From assembly GCA_963805085.1 (NCBI GenBank), contig CAWDTA010000002.1, positions 2,048,001 to 2,112,000 of the forward strand: a DNA stretch of 64,000 nt. Reading direction: 5' to 3'. The stretch comes from an uncultured Veillonellaceae bacterium (GTDB lineage: Bacteria > Bacillota > Negativicutes > JARBTT01). The translations under genes were made by a program, and so were the position numbers. The notes under the pieces are model-generated. The model saw nothing but the letters and a program-made list of their open reading frames with translations, had not been told where the DNA came from and did no database searches. Each line of letters starts with the position of its first letter. The first letter of the stretch is position 1. Of the stretch, positions 49,767 through 60,061 are shown one piece after another.

Positions 49767-50465
49767 GTGAAAAAAATAGTTTTTATCAGACACGGTGAAA
49801 GTGTTTGGAATAAGAAAAATTTATTTACTGGATGGACTGATGTTGATCTAACAGAAAAAGGAATTGCTGATGCCAGATATGCTGGTAAAATTTTGCGGCA
49901 GGAAGGTTTTTCATTTGATATAGCATATACATCTTCGTTAAAGCGGGCTATTAAAACATTGCATAATGTTTTGGAGACGATGGATTTGTTATGGATTGCT
50001 GAGTGTAAAACGTGGGTACTCAATGAACGACATTATGGTGCTTTACAGGGATTGAATAAGGCGGAAACAGCTGAGAAATATGGTGCGGATCAGGTGGCAA
50101 TCTGGCGTAGAAGTTATGATGTGAAGCCACCGCAATTGGATGAAACAGAAGCAAAGAAACAGGCACAGGAAGAAAAATATAGAAGTGTTTCACCTGAATT
50201 ATTGCCACGCGGGGAAAATCTCAAGGAAACAGTGGCTCGTGTCGTTCCGTTTTGGCAGGATACGATTGTACCGTTACTGGAGAAGGAAAAAAGAATCATT
50301 ATTGCTGCTCATGGCAATAGTCTGCGGGCTTTAGTGAAATACATTGATAAGGTATCGGATGACGAGATTGTCAACTTAGAGATACCTACAGGGGTTCCCT
50401 TAGTTTACGAATTTGATGATGAACTGCGGCCTTTGAAGCATTATTATCTGCAGAGAAATGTCTAA
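49767..50465 (+). CDS. gpmA: 2,3-bisphosphoglycerate-dependent phosphoglycerate mutase
   Basis: RHGESVWN..FTGWTDV, LNERHYGALQG and AHGNSLR motifs. Confidence 0.96.
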   Translation: MKKIVFIRHGESVWNKKNLFTGWTDVDLTEKGIADARYAGKILRQEGFSFDIAYTSSLKRAIKTLHNVLETMDLLWIAECKTWVLNERHYGALQGLNKAETAEKYGADQVAIWRRSYDVKPPQLDETEAKKQAQEEKYRSVSPELLPRGENLKETVARVVPFWQDTIVPLLEKEKRIIIAAHGNSLRALVKYIDKVSDDEIVNLEIPTGVPLVYEFDDELRPLKHYYLQRNV

Positions 50466-50718
50466 TATACAAAGTGATGTTTCTCCTTGTATAAACTTTC
50501 ATCTAAACAAACGATAAAGAATATAAGAAAGCAAAAACTCCAACTGATTTTGAGATGCAGTTGGAGTTTTTATTTAGACCAAGAGGCAATAGGATAGACT
50601 GTTTGCAAATTCATAGATTGCAATCTGCTTGGTAATACTAAGCCTAATCTACATAATAGAGGAAATCAAAAAATAGATTTTATTAAAACTTGACTACCTA
50701 TTCATAGAGGTGATAATA

Positions 50719-51642
50719 ATGGATGGACGAGGACCAACTGTAATTTCTCCAGAAGATCTATTGTTGCTCGTTGTGGCGATAATTATGGGAACTATGGCGC
50801 GGATTCTTGTTTTAAAGGTAGATTATAAGCAATATCCATCCTATCCCAACGGATATTTGATTCATATTGTTTTGGCCTTTATAGCAGCTTCGATAGGTGC
50901 TGCCGCAATTCCCGCAATTAAATCGAATAATTATACTGCGGTAACATTTCTTGCTTTAGCAGTACAACACTTTAGAGATGTAAGAAGAACTGAACGTGAA
51001 AGTCTTAAGGGATTAGAAGCGACGGAATATACGCCGAGAGGCGATGCCTATATAGATGGAATTGCTAAAACATTTGAGGCACGAAATTATTTTGCGCTAG
51101 TCGTTTCGTTTATTTCAGCAGCTTCTATGGAGATTGTAGTATTTTTACATTTAGGAATGATTGTACAGGCAGGTGCAGGTGTTCTCACAGGATTAATAAT
51201 GTATCGAATCATAAGTGATTTTTCAAAAGGAAAAACAGTTGGCGATGTTGCGACGGTACGACTTGGCGAAATAACAGTAGAAGGATCAGAGGTATCTGTT
51301 GAAGGTACTTTTGTTACAAATCTGGCAGGTACCAAAAATGCTCAAAAAATGATATTGGAAGAAGGAGTGGCTATTATTATAAAAGCAAATGAAGAGCATA
51401 CTGCAATAGCTCTTCATAATTTTGGTCAGCGGAAAGCGATCCTATTTGAAGCTACTCGTTCTTTAGGGGCAAAACGTTACAATTTTACACGGAAAGATTA
51501 TCAAACGGGGGAAATAATAATCCTTTTTGTACCAATCGTTAGAGATATCGAAAAAATAATTGATATTGTTAAAAATACCCCATTACTTGAATCTGTGAAA
51601 AAAAGTCATGTAGTACTGAAAGGCAAAGTCAAGGGAGGCTAA
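50719..51642 (+). CDS. YIEGIA-family membrane protein
   Basis: DYKQYPSYP and RGDAYIDGIAKTFEARNY motifs. Confidence 0.88.
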   Translation: MDGRGPTVISPEDLLLLVVAIIMGTMARILVLKVDYKQYPSYPNGYLIHIVLAFIAASIGAAAIPAIKSNNYTAVTFLALAVQHFRDVRRTERESLKGLEATEYTPRGDAYIDGIAKTFEARNYFALVVSFISAASMEIVVFLHLGMIVQAGAGVLTGLIMYRIISDFSKGKTVGDVATVRLGEITVEGSEVSVEGTFVTNLAGTKNAQKMILEEGVAIIIKANEEHTAIALHNFGQRKAILFEATRSLGAKRYNFTRKDYQTGEIIILFVPIVRDIEKIIDIVKNTPLLESVKKSHVVLKGKVKGG

Positions 51643-51646
51643 ATAA

Positions 51647-51853
51647 ATGGGAAATGAGTATGCACAGGTGCAAACGTCAGGAATCATAGCAGCTATAATT
51701 TTATCATGCCATAAGGTTGTGGGAAGTGCAGCATTAATAATTGAAGCTCAAGATGAAAAAGAACAAGAAAAATTGACTGTGGAAATTTCCAAGGCTGTTA
51801 AAGGAGATGTCATGCTACTAAGTAATGGAATCTATTTAGTTCTACGTGGTTAA
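51647..51853 (+). CDS. YIEGIA-associated small (capping) subunit
   Basis: IIAAII..KVVGS..LSNGIYLVL, directly downstream of the YIEGIA gene. Confidence 0.75.
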   Translation: MGNEYAQVQTSGIIAAIILSCHKVVGSAALIIEAQDEKEQEKLTVEISKAVKGDVMLLSNGIYLVLRG

Positions 51854-51936
51854 GGCATAAATTTAATTAGGTTTGTTTAAAACCTTTTCAAAAATATTCT
51901 CACTTTTAATCGTATTGTTTGTAATGAGATACTATT

Positions 51937-51960
51937 AAAAGTGAAGGTTTTCTTTGTCTA
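51937..51960 (+). repeat. Degenerate palindrome R copy 13
   Basis: AAAAGTGAAGGTTTTCTTTGTCTA. Confidence 0.55.
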
Positions 51961-51986
51961 CAACTCAATGATTTCAGCCCTTATAG

Positions 51987-52724
51987 TTAGTCTATATCAA
52001 AACCTTTACTCGCTAAAAATGTTTTCATATGTGGACGTAATTTTGTCTTCATCATACTGGTGACTCCTTGGGTCCAAGTATTGCTTCGTTTGCCAGCTGT
52101 TCTCTCTCTGTAATATTCTGAAATAATGCGATCGTATTCCAGCAAGGCTGCGTCATCACCTTCGGTGGTATAGAACTCTTCTTTGAGTACCAGAGATAGT
52201 GGTAAGCGTGGCTTAACTGCATTTCGTTTCTCAGGATACCCAAGGCACATTCCAAATACTGGATAGACATGTTGCGGAATTTTTAGAAGTTCACAGACTT
52301 GCTGTGGATTATTTCTAATCCCGCCAATGTAGACACCACCGAGACCTACCGCTTCTGCAGCTACCATGATATTTTGTGCCACCAAGGCGGTATCTACTGT
52401 GGACAATAAGAAGGCTTCACTTGATCCGGCATTCATACTTTCTTGATTCATACTGCAGGCTGTTTTGAGTCTAAGCAAATCAGCACAAAAAACCAGAAAC
52501 ACTGGACAATTTTTTACATATTCCTGGTCACCACACAGCTGGGCCAATACTTCCTTTTGCTTATGATTACGCACCCGGATAATAGTATATGCCTGAATAT
52601 GGTTGGAGGTAGAAGCGTGCTGTCCAGCCTGCACTAGCTCGGCAACAAGACTATCTTCAACCGGTTCCGCTATAAATTTTCGCACTGAACTATGACTTTT
52701 CATTAGTGTAATTACTTCATTCAT
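51987..52724 (-). CDS. nfsA: NfsA/NfrA-family NADPH nitroreductase
   Basis: HSSVRKF, ASTSNHIQAYTII, GGVYIGGIRN and KPRLP motifs. Confidence 0.9.
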   Translation of the reverse strand: MNEVITLMKSHSSVRKFIAEPVEDSLVAELVQAGQHASTSNHIQAYTIIRVRNHKQKEVLAQLCGDQEYVKNCPVFLVFCADLLRLKTACSMNQESMNAGSSEAFLLSTVDTALVAQNIMVAAEAVGLGGVYIGGIRNNPQQVCELLKIPQHVYPVFGMCLGYPEKRNAVKPRLPLSLVLKEEFYTTEGDDAALLEYDRIISEYYRERTAGKRSNTWTQGVTSMMKTKLRPHMKTFLASKGFDID

Positions 52725-52930
52725 TTTGAACCCTCCAGATTTAGCTAATTTATTTACCTTATTTAACGTTTCCAACAAAAAAATAAAACTCCTGCCGCCT
52801 TTTCATTGAAAATACAATGTGCTTGTTTTTTATGTCTTAAATTATAGCTATGGAATTATCCTGTCGAGCACGTTTTTTGTTGATAATTATATAAGTCTAA
52901 TTAAAGCGTTATCTAATGTAAGAATGTTTT

Positions 52931-53533
52931 TTATAGTCTATACACTGAAAAACTATTACGACGATCTTTGTCATATAAATAGGGTGATTTTATTTCATTC
53001 AAAAACATAAAGGGAGTACTGTTTTCTATAAAGTATATATAATCATATGTTGGATAATACAATATAATATCTACTGTTCTTTCATAGCCTTCTACAGAAA
53101 TCAAAATATTCCCGATAACCTTTGTAAATATTTGTATAGAAAAAGGGTTAAAGAAGTAGAATTTATTATCTGAGGGATTTATATTATATTCTTCTGCGAA
53201 GCAATTTAAAAAAATTATTTTATTTGATTTCTTTTTATGTTTCTTTAAATAATCTTTTTTATTATCAATAGCTTGTCTGTAGAAGAAGGTATTCATTTCT
53301 ATACCTGTAACAGTGGAATCAAAAAAATGATTTATGTAAAAATTAAGCCTTCCTTTGCCACATCCAAAGTCAACTATATTATCTTCTGCTGTGAAGTTAT
53401 ACTGTTTAGATAATATTTCTAATACGGAGTAGGAGGTTGGTTCATATCTGTTGTAATGAGGTGAATCATTACATATTTTTTGTTCTCCTGAGGTTTTTAT
53501 ATTTAATAGCTTTTCATAATCTTGTTCGTCCAT
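52931..53533 (-). CDS. SAM-dependent methyltransferase
   Basis: YEPTSY, VDFGCGKGR and FYFFNPFS motifs. Confidence 0.88.
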   Translation of the reverse strand: MDEQDYEKLLNIKTSGEQKICNDSPHYNRYEPTSYSVLEILSKQYNFTAEDNIVDFGCGKGRLNFYINHFFDSTVTGIEMNTFFYRQAIDNKKDYLKKHKKKSNKIIFLNCFAEEYNINPSDNKFYFFNPFSIQIFTKVIGNILISVEGYERTVDIILYYPTYDYIYFIENSTPFMFLNEIKSPYLYDKDRRNSFSVYRL

Positions 53534-53639
53534 TATAAATCCCTTCTGATTTTAAATTTTACGTAAGCTTGAATAACTACTTTAAAGTATATAATGATGA
53601 AATACATAGCGCAAATAAGACAACTATTGACTCAAACCA

Positions 53640-54003
53640 CAATTATCTGGTGGTTAAAAATATTTTAATCAAAATTTTACAGTAATAGCCCCTTGTAAGA
53701 CTTGTGTGTGTGATATAATATATGGAAAATGGCAAAGGTTGGTTGTATCTTGCGGATGTTATAGACTTGTATAGCGATAAATTTGTAGATAGCTCCATGT
53801 CTGCAAGCCTTTTTGGTACGTTCAAAACTGAGTTGATTTATCATGGAAAATATAGAACCAGGAATCAGGCAGGAGCTGCTATCTTAGATTATGCTGAATC
53901 ATTCTATAATAGAATCCAACATCAGGCAAGGCTTGGATACAATTTTCCAGAAAATTATGAAAAACTTAGAATTTCAGCGTATGGATGTATCTGGCTGAGC
54001 TGA
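53640..54003 (+). pseudogene. Degenerate IS3-family transposase (rve core) remnant
   Basis: GWLYLADVIDLYS..FGTFKTELI..FYNR..LGY, with an internal deletion. Confidence 0.85.
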
Positions 54004-54047
54004 TCTGGGACAAATAAAAGTATTGGATATGTCAGGGGGAAGGATTT

Positions 54048-55748
54048 TTGGCAATTAAAGCTACTCTGCAAAAATTAATAATACAACTATGGGCAGGATT
54101 TAGCTTACGCAAAAAGTTAAGCATTGCATTTGTAACTATGACCGTAATGCCGATTATCCTTATAACTGTAATAACATGGCAACCGCAAGAGCAAGTTATG
54201 AAGAATTCTATCAGTGAAAGAAATAGAATGTTAGCTGAGTACATTGCTAGCGACATTAATGATATGTTTACAGAAAGAATAAGGGTTTTGAACAATGCTA
54301 TTAATAATGAAAAGATTAAATCTATGGTTCCAGATCAGCAAATATCTATACTGAGTGACATTGTCACTCAGTACCCAGATATGCAACTCGCTGTTGTATC
54401 GGATCTTGCTGGCAGGCAGATTGCTCGCTGGGATGGAAAAGAGGCTGATCATGCTATTAGTTATACCGATCGTGAATATTTTAATACTGTACTAAAAACA
54501 GGTGAAATGGCCATTTCAGGTGTTATTGTGGCCAAAAGTACGCAGAAATTAGGAATTGTGATTGCTGAACCAATTAAGAAGGATGAAAGTTTGGTTGGTG
54601 TACTAATTATTAACATTGAATTAAGCAAGTTGATTCAACGTGTTGGTGACACAAAAGTTGGCAAAAGGGGATATGCTTATATTGTTAACAGGGAAGGTAA
54701 AGTTATTATCCATCCTGACCTGGGACTAATCGATAACGGTGCGGATCAATCTTCTTTGTTTTACATAAAGGCGGCTATTAGTGGGCAGACGGGCTGGATG
54801 GAATATGATTATAACAATGAGAAACGAATCGCTGCTTATAGCTATGTGCCAATCACTAAATGGGGAGTGATTGCTCAGCAACCATTGGATGAAGCTATGG
54901 GAAATGCAATGAATATAAAAATAAAAAGTATCTTAGTCATGGGCTGGACCGTTGCTATTGCTATACTAATGGCACTTGTTATAGCGGAAGCGTTGGCTAG
55001 GCCCATTGCAGATATATCTGAGGCGACCAACCGCCTGGCAGAAGGAGACCTAACTGTAAAGTTGGAGGTTAAGTCCTTGGATGAAATTGGACAGTTGGCA
55101 ACTAATTTTAATAATATGACAAATCAACTAGTGAAAAGAGATGAAGCGCTGCGTTTGGCTCAAGAAGAACTTGAGAACCAAGTGAAAAAAAGGACCGAGG
55201 AATTGATGACCGTAAATGAAGAGTTACGGCGTATTTCTTTTTTTGATGGCTTAACTGGCATTGCCAATCGACGCTATTTTGATGAGTTTTTAGAAAGAGA
55301 ATGGCAACGGGCAAAGCGAGAGAATACACCATTGGCATTGATTATGTTAGATGTGGATTTCTTTAAGAATTATAATGATACCTATGGTCACATCGCTGGT
55401 GACGAATGTTTGAAAAAGATTGCAGACATATTGAAAACTACAACGAAACGGTCTACGGATCTTGTTGCTCGTTATGGTGGTGAAGAGTTCGCTATTATTT
55501 TACCAGATACAAATGTACAAGGTGCTAGAACGGTGGGAGAAAGAGTACGAAGTGGTGTTGAAAAATTAGGAAGCAGACACAAAAAGCCGCCAATTTACGG
55601 GTTTGTTACTGTTAGTATAGGTATATCGGTTGCTATGTTAGCAAAGGAGACTCTGCCTATTACTATTATTGCTGATGCTGATGAAGCTCTTTACCAAGCA
55701 AAGCAGAGTGGACGTAACCAAATAAAAGTAGCTGAAAATAGTATGTAA
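54048..55748 (+). CDS. Membrane diguanylate cyclase (dCache-HAMP-GGEEF)
   Basis: Two TM segments; YAYIVN..IIHPD, DEIGQLATNFN, DGLTGIANRR and RSTD..ARYGGEEF motifs. Confidence 0.93.
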   Translation: MAIKATLQKLIIQLWAGFSLRKKLSIAFVTMTVMPIILITVITWQPQEQVMKNSISERNRMLAEYIASDINDMFTERIRVLNNAINNEKIKSMVPDQQISILSDIVTQYPDMQLAVVSDLAGRQIARWDGKEADHAISYTDREYFNTVLKTGEMAISGVIVAKSTQKLGIVIAEPIKKDESLVGVLIINIELSKLIQRVGDTKVGKRGYAYIVNREGKVIIHPDLGLIDNGADQSSLFYIKAAISGQTGWMEYDYNNEKRIAAYSYVPITKWGVIAQQPLDEAMGNAMNIKIKSILVMGWTVAIAILMALVIAEALARPIADISEATNRLAEGDLTVKLEVKSLDEIGQLATNFNNMTNQLVKRDEALRLAQEELENQVKKRTEELMTVNEELRRISFFDGLTGIANRRYFDEFLEREWQRAKRENTPLALIMLDVDFFKNYNDTYGHIAGDECLKKIADILKTTTKRSTDLVARYGGEEFAIILPDTNVQGARTVGERVRSGVEKLGSRHKKPPIYGFVTVSIGISVAMLAKETLPITIIADADEALYQAKQSGRNQIKVAENSM

Positions 55749-55995
55749 CAAGCTAGCGGTGACAGTACATTTTGACGACTTAAATATTATTTCGAACAGG
55801 CCCGATGAAACAATTGGGTGATTCGCCTCCGTTGATTAAATACTGCAATTAATTGAATCCGCCAGTTTCGCGTTTTTTTGCTTTGATGATGAAAAATTTA
55901 AAGTTGAATTGGGAATTAGGCTTTAGTTACAACGAGTGTTTTGCATATTGAAGCAGGAGTACCTTGCTTATGATTAGCAAAGTACTCCTATTTTT

Positions 55996-56130
55996 TTAGG
56001 TGTTTGGATGATTTGGTCGGTCTACTCCAGCAATAAACTTAGCATTTTTTATATCTTGTTTTTTTTCTTCAGTACTTCTTCCTTTTTTGCTTTGCTGTTT
56101 TTCCAAGTCGCTGCTTTTTGTGTGAGTCAT
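55996..56130 (-). CDS. 44-aa small basic protein, probably spore-related
   Basis: MTHTKSSDLEKQQSKKGRSTEEKKQDIKNAKFIAGVDRPNHPNT; RBS GGAGGTGA; downstream terminator. Confidence 0.65.
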   Translation of the reverse strand: MTHTKSSDLEKQQSKKGRSTEEKKQDIKNAKFIAGVDRPNHPNT

Positions 56131-56266
56131 ACAATCACCTCCCGATTATAGTGTTTACGTTTAGCAATTGAGATATGTAATCGAAGGATATTGTTAAGTA
56201 TTGTTAATATCGCGACTTAGATTTGTTTTTTATATAGCAAATTGAAAGAAATTTAATGAAAAAATA

Positions 56267-56419
56267 TTATTCAAAAAAGTCTGCACGCATTGGTATAAAT
56301 GCATCGAAGATGATAGAATCATCTTCAAGTGCTACAACTCCATGAATTACATTTTTGGCTGCGTGATAGGAGTCGCCCTTTTTAACAATTTTTTTCTCGT
56401 CTCCAAAGATAAGCTCGAA
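56267..56419 (-). pseudogene. 3' fragment of a KdgF-like cupin gene
   Basis: FELIFGDEKKIVKKGDSY..NVIHGVVALE..FDAFIPMRADFFE*. Confidence 0.7.
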
Positions 56420-56583
56420 GATCGATTCCATCATGAAAATATTGCTGGAATATAAAGTGAGCCATTAAAACTGAAAAGGTCTTAATGGCTTTTTGCGTTT
56501 GTAGACTGTCGATGATTGTAAAAAAGAAAATAATTTTAGAAATTAACAAATAAAAAAGATTTATTTGTTAATTAGTCTATACC

Positions 56584-56610
56584 TAGACCAAAATAACCGT
56601 CACTTTGTCG
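56584..56610 (-). repeat. Palindrome R copy 14 (inverted)
   Basis: Reverse complement is CGACAAAGTGACGGTTATTTTGGTCTA. Confidence 0.7.
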
Positions 56611-56625
56611 CACTTTTAGTCACTT

Positions 56626-57474
56626 CTATGCAATTTGCATGATAACAAGATGTGCTGAGACAGGTCTTGTTCCTCCAGCGAGAGGAGTGATGGTTAATGC
56701 CGTTGAATTGCCAGCAGGATTCCGAACAGTCAGTATTGAATTGACTACGGTTGTCGTCACAAGAGCCATTTCTACTATCTGAGAAGTACCTGTTGCTCGC
56801 CCTACTACCGTATAGGCTAGGTCAGCCCCATTGAGTGTTAAAATCAGTTGACCAGCTTCGGTCACACTTACCTGAAATAAGATCTGATAAGTGCCAATTG
56901 CAGACAAATTAAATGTGCTAGGCCCAGTACGGGCAATTGCAGTCCCACTAGTAGGTCCATCTTGTGGAAAACTTACGTCGGTACCAGGTGCAACTGTCGC
57001 TGCATTATCAGGAGGCATCAAGGCAAAAAAGTCTGCAAAACTTAATATTCCTCCGGTAGCACCAGTAAGACCAGTGGCACCAGTGAGACCAGTAGCACCA
57101 GTTAATCCAGTAGCACCAGTAAGACCAGTGGCGCCAGTCAATCCAGTAGCTCCAGAAGCACCAGTTAATCCGGTAGCACCAGTAAGACCAGTGGCGCCAG
57201 TCAATCCAGTAGCTCCAGTTAATCCAGTAGGACCAGTAGATCCAGTAGGACTACCTGCAGGTCCAGTTGCACCAGTGGCTCCTTGGGCACCTGGTTCCGG
57301 GATCATAAAACATGTTGTCGGGAATTTATGGCACTTATGGCATTCATCATAATCTTTACATTTTTTACAATAGCGTTTTCTGTTTTTTTTATCATTATTT
57401 TGCAATATATCATTTGGTTTTGGGCTATTTATTGTACTTGTATCATTAGTGTCTGATGACTTATCTCTAGACAT
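56626..57474 (-). CDS. Collagen-like exosporium/spore surface protein (BclA/BclB-like)
   Basis: GATGLT triplet repeats, a Cys/His-rich N-terminus and a C-terminal beta domain. Confidence 0.88.
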   Translation of the reverse strand: MSRDKSSDTNDTSTINSPKPNDILQNNDKKNRKRYCKKCKDYDECHKCHKFPTTCFMIPEPGAQGATGATGPAGSPTGSTGPTGLTGATGLTGATGLTGATGLTGASGATGLTGATGLTGATGLTGATGLTGATGLTGATGGILSFADFFALMPPDNAATVAPGTDVSFPQDGPTSGTAIARTGPSTFNLSAIGTYQILFQVSVTEAGQLILTLNGADLAYTVVGRATGTSQIVEMALVTTTVVNSILTVRNPAGNSTALTITPLAGGTRPVSAHLVIMQIA

Positions 57475-57777
57475 GCTATCAATAGCCTCCTTTAAAAATA
57501 TTAGTGTTACATAAATATAGTATGTATAATTCGTATTTAATGTGTTTGCAAATGGATTATATTAAATAACAGCGATTAGAGTTTTTATCAAATAGATTTT
57601 GAACGTAGGTGAGATTGTATAGAATGCGTGGTTCGTCTGGTAGGAAGAAAAGACACTATTTTGCTATGCTTGAAGTTCGTGTCTACTTTGCGACCAACGA
57701 GAAGTTGATACACTACATAGATGACAATCTGGTTGGTAATACTATAGCATTATCTTGCATATTGAAGGAGATTAAAA

Positions 57778-57993
57778 ATGACTGAAAATTATGATTCAAT
57801 GGATGAATTGGATGCATCACTTCCTGATAAACATGAGATTGCTAAAGATCTTGGAATACCACTAGACAAGGGGGATAACGGAGACTTGACGACCGAGGAA
57901 GTAGGGAAGATTGGTGGCAGAATCGGTGGAGAAAAAGTAAAAAAAATGATCCAGGCAGCTGAAGACCAGATGGCACAAAGAGATAGTCATTAA
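57778..57993 (+). CDS. Alpha/beta-type SASP-like paralog of 45834
   Basis: KHEIAKDLG..GDLTTEEVGKIGG; same upstream promoter block as 45834. Confidence 0.85.
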   Translation: MTENYDSMDELDASLPDKHEIAKDLGIPLDKGDNGDLTTEEVGKIGGRIGGEKVKKMIQAAEDQMAQRDSH

Positions 57994-58030
57994 ATCTTTG
58001 ACAAATAAGAAATATCCTTTTTAGCAGTAA

Positions 58031-58141
58031 TCATCGCTCTTGCATCGTTTCCACAAGCATTCGATAATTGAGTGGACATTTTTTAGATACCAGCGAATGC
58101 GTAGTAGTATAATCTCAGATTCGAAATGCTTCTATTTAAAT
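58031..58141 (-). pseudogene. IS6-family transposase N-terminal remnant
   Basis: FK*KHFESEIILLRIRWYLK / LNYRMLVETMQER resembles an IS240-type N-terminus. Confidence 0.7.
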
Positions 58142-58280
58142 AAATTCTATGACATTTTTTACACCATAAACTGATCAATAATATGAAAATCCACATGACT
58201 AAAGTGTCATGTGGATTTTCAATTTAATTTCATCTATATATTTTTGAGGCTAAATAATAAATAGATATAATGTCAATAAG

Positions 58281-59522
58281 TTATATCCAATTTCGGAGCA
58301 ATCGCCAGAGAAAGCTTGGAGGATTGATTTGCTCTGAATTTTGAAGAGGAATTTGCTGAATAGATTGACCATGCTCAACTTTTAAAGTTGCTATATTAGA
58401 GCCACTCGGAATCGGTAATTGAGTATCCTGAACGTCAACCAGAAGAGAAGCAGTCATACCAGGATATCCCCAAATTTGTACCGGTTTATCAGAAATCAAA
58501 TCACTGTTGCTATTCCACGGATCTATTATCTGTCCATAACCATTTGCCGAAGGAGGTAGTGGATATAATTTTATCTGTGAACGAACCTGATCCAAAATTT
58601 GTGCATTTGCGTCTAATGCGTCTTGCAAGGATTGGGCAGTCTTTTGACCAAGAACAGCTCCAATAATATAATGCTTATCCGCTCCAACACCTATAGGTGT
58701 TGCCGATACAAAGCAACCGCCAGCGGCTAAAGTAGACCCTGTCTTAATTCCCACAATTCCATGCTGTCCAAGCATATTATCCACATTATAAATAATACCA
58801 GCGGTCTGAAAGGTAGCTTGCGGCATGGAAACGATTTCACGGAAAGTCGGATCTTGCATGGCAGCCTGCGCAATTTTAATTTGATCGACTGCGCTACTAA
58901 CTGTCGCTTCGCTTACACCACTAACGTCCGCATAGTGAGTCGAAGTCATTCCAAGGGATTGAGCAGTTTCATTCATTTTTGCAATAAACGCATCATCAGA
59001 TCCAGCGACCCATCGTGCTAAATTAGTTGCGATGTTGTCTGCTGAAGGAAGTAAGAGAGCTTCCAAGAGCTGCTTCTCGGTTAATTGTTCGCCCTCTTTA
59101 ATCTCCATTACAGAGTAATCCAGCGCTAAGTCATTTTTGTAATTTGTAACATCTTCTGCTGTCATGGTTAAAGTGGGTCCAACTTCTCCAGGCTTTAAAG
59201 GATGAGCCTGTAATACTAAATAAGCCGTCATGATTTTCGTTACGCTAGCAATGGGAACGGGAGCTTGATCGGGTGAAGAAGCAATTACACTCAAGTTGTC
59301 AGTACCAACAGCCGACTCCCCTTGTTGTGGAAATGTAACGGCGAATTGACCGGGTAAGGTAATAGTAGTGGTCGTCGGTTTTCCCTCGATTTTTGAGTAA
59401 TTTCTAACAAAATGGAAAATACCTATAGTGCAAATTAAGACAATAAGTAATATTAAAATTCTGCTTGAGGAGAAAAAGGAATTAGCAGAACTAGATGAGG
59501 ATTGTTGCGATTTGAAAGCCAT
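58281..59522 (-). CDS. D-alanyl-D-alanine carboxypeptidase (peptidase S11)
   Basis: IASVTKIMT, PSADN and GIKTG motifs. Confidence 0.92.
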   Translation of the reverse strand: MAFKSQQSSSSSANSFFSSSRILILLIVLICTIGIFHFVRNYSKIEGKPTTTTITLPGQFAVTFPQQGESAVGTDNLSVIASSPDQAPVPIASVTKIMTAYLVLQAHPLKPGEVGPTLTMTAEDVTNYKNDLALDYSVMEIKEGEQLTEKQLLEALLLPSADNIATNLARWVAGSDDAFIAKMNETAQSLGMTSTHYADVSGVSEATVSSAVDQIKIAQAAMQDPTFREIVSMPQATFQTAGIIYNVDNMLGQHGIVGIKTGSTLAAGGCFVSATPIGVGADKHYIIGAVLGQKTAQSLQDALDANAQILDQVRSQIKLYPLPPSANGYGQIIDPWNSNSDLISDKPVQIWGYPGMTASLLVDVQDTQLPIPSGSNIATLKVEHGQSIQQIPLQNSEQINPPSFLWRLLRNWI

Positions 59523-59959
59523 AATTTAACCTCCTTAAAAGAAATAGAAATACTTATTTACTGCAATTTATTATACAGGAGTGCTAAAAATTCTACAATG
59601 GGCATCATTTGGCATATATGGTGACCTAAACCAACGTAATCTATACTTAAAATTGTACACGTTGCTCACTACCACTGGACTATAGTGAGTTAAATCGGGC
59701 ATTATTTCATTTGAAAAATATGATTACTAGTGCTATTTGATGCAATGGACACTCGTTACATAATTATGCCATATAATGAACTGTAATAATTTATTATGCT
59801 GGATGGTGATTATTATTCTTAAGAGACGTCATTTTATAAGGCCAATGAATGCATTCTCCTTAGGTAATTTGTGCGTGGCGCTGAAAAAAGCAATCAAAGT
59901 ATGGGCAGAGCGGCCATTGTTATTCTTTTTTGTTACATATATAATAACACTATAATAAT

Positions 59960-60039
59960 TTAGCGATAAAACTGTATGGCAATGACGCCTGAGCTTGCGG
60001 AGAATTCCGGCAAGGAGGCGCAGGCTATGCAGTTTTTTG
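59960..60039 (+). promoter_or_regulatory. Putative ANTAR-binding antiterminator leader
   Basis: GGC-AATGAC-GCC hexaloop (A1/G4) overlapping a long terminator that ends CAGTTTTTTG; TATAAT at 59951. Confidence 0.6.
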
Positions 60040-60061
60040 TATTTAATTGAGGGGGATTACT

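Noticed and set aside
11029-56610. Classical integron or CRISPR interpretation of the R repeats
   Set aside because: Spacing is kilobases and irregular, there is no IntI or cas gene, and no GTTRRRY/RYYYAAC attC boxes were recognised.
56891-57352. 153-aa PVAPV-repeat ORF on the plus strand
   Set aside because: It is the antisense shadow of the collagen-like repeat gene.
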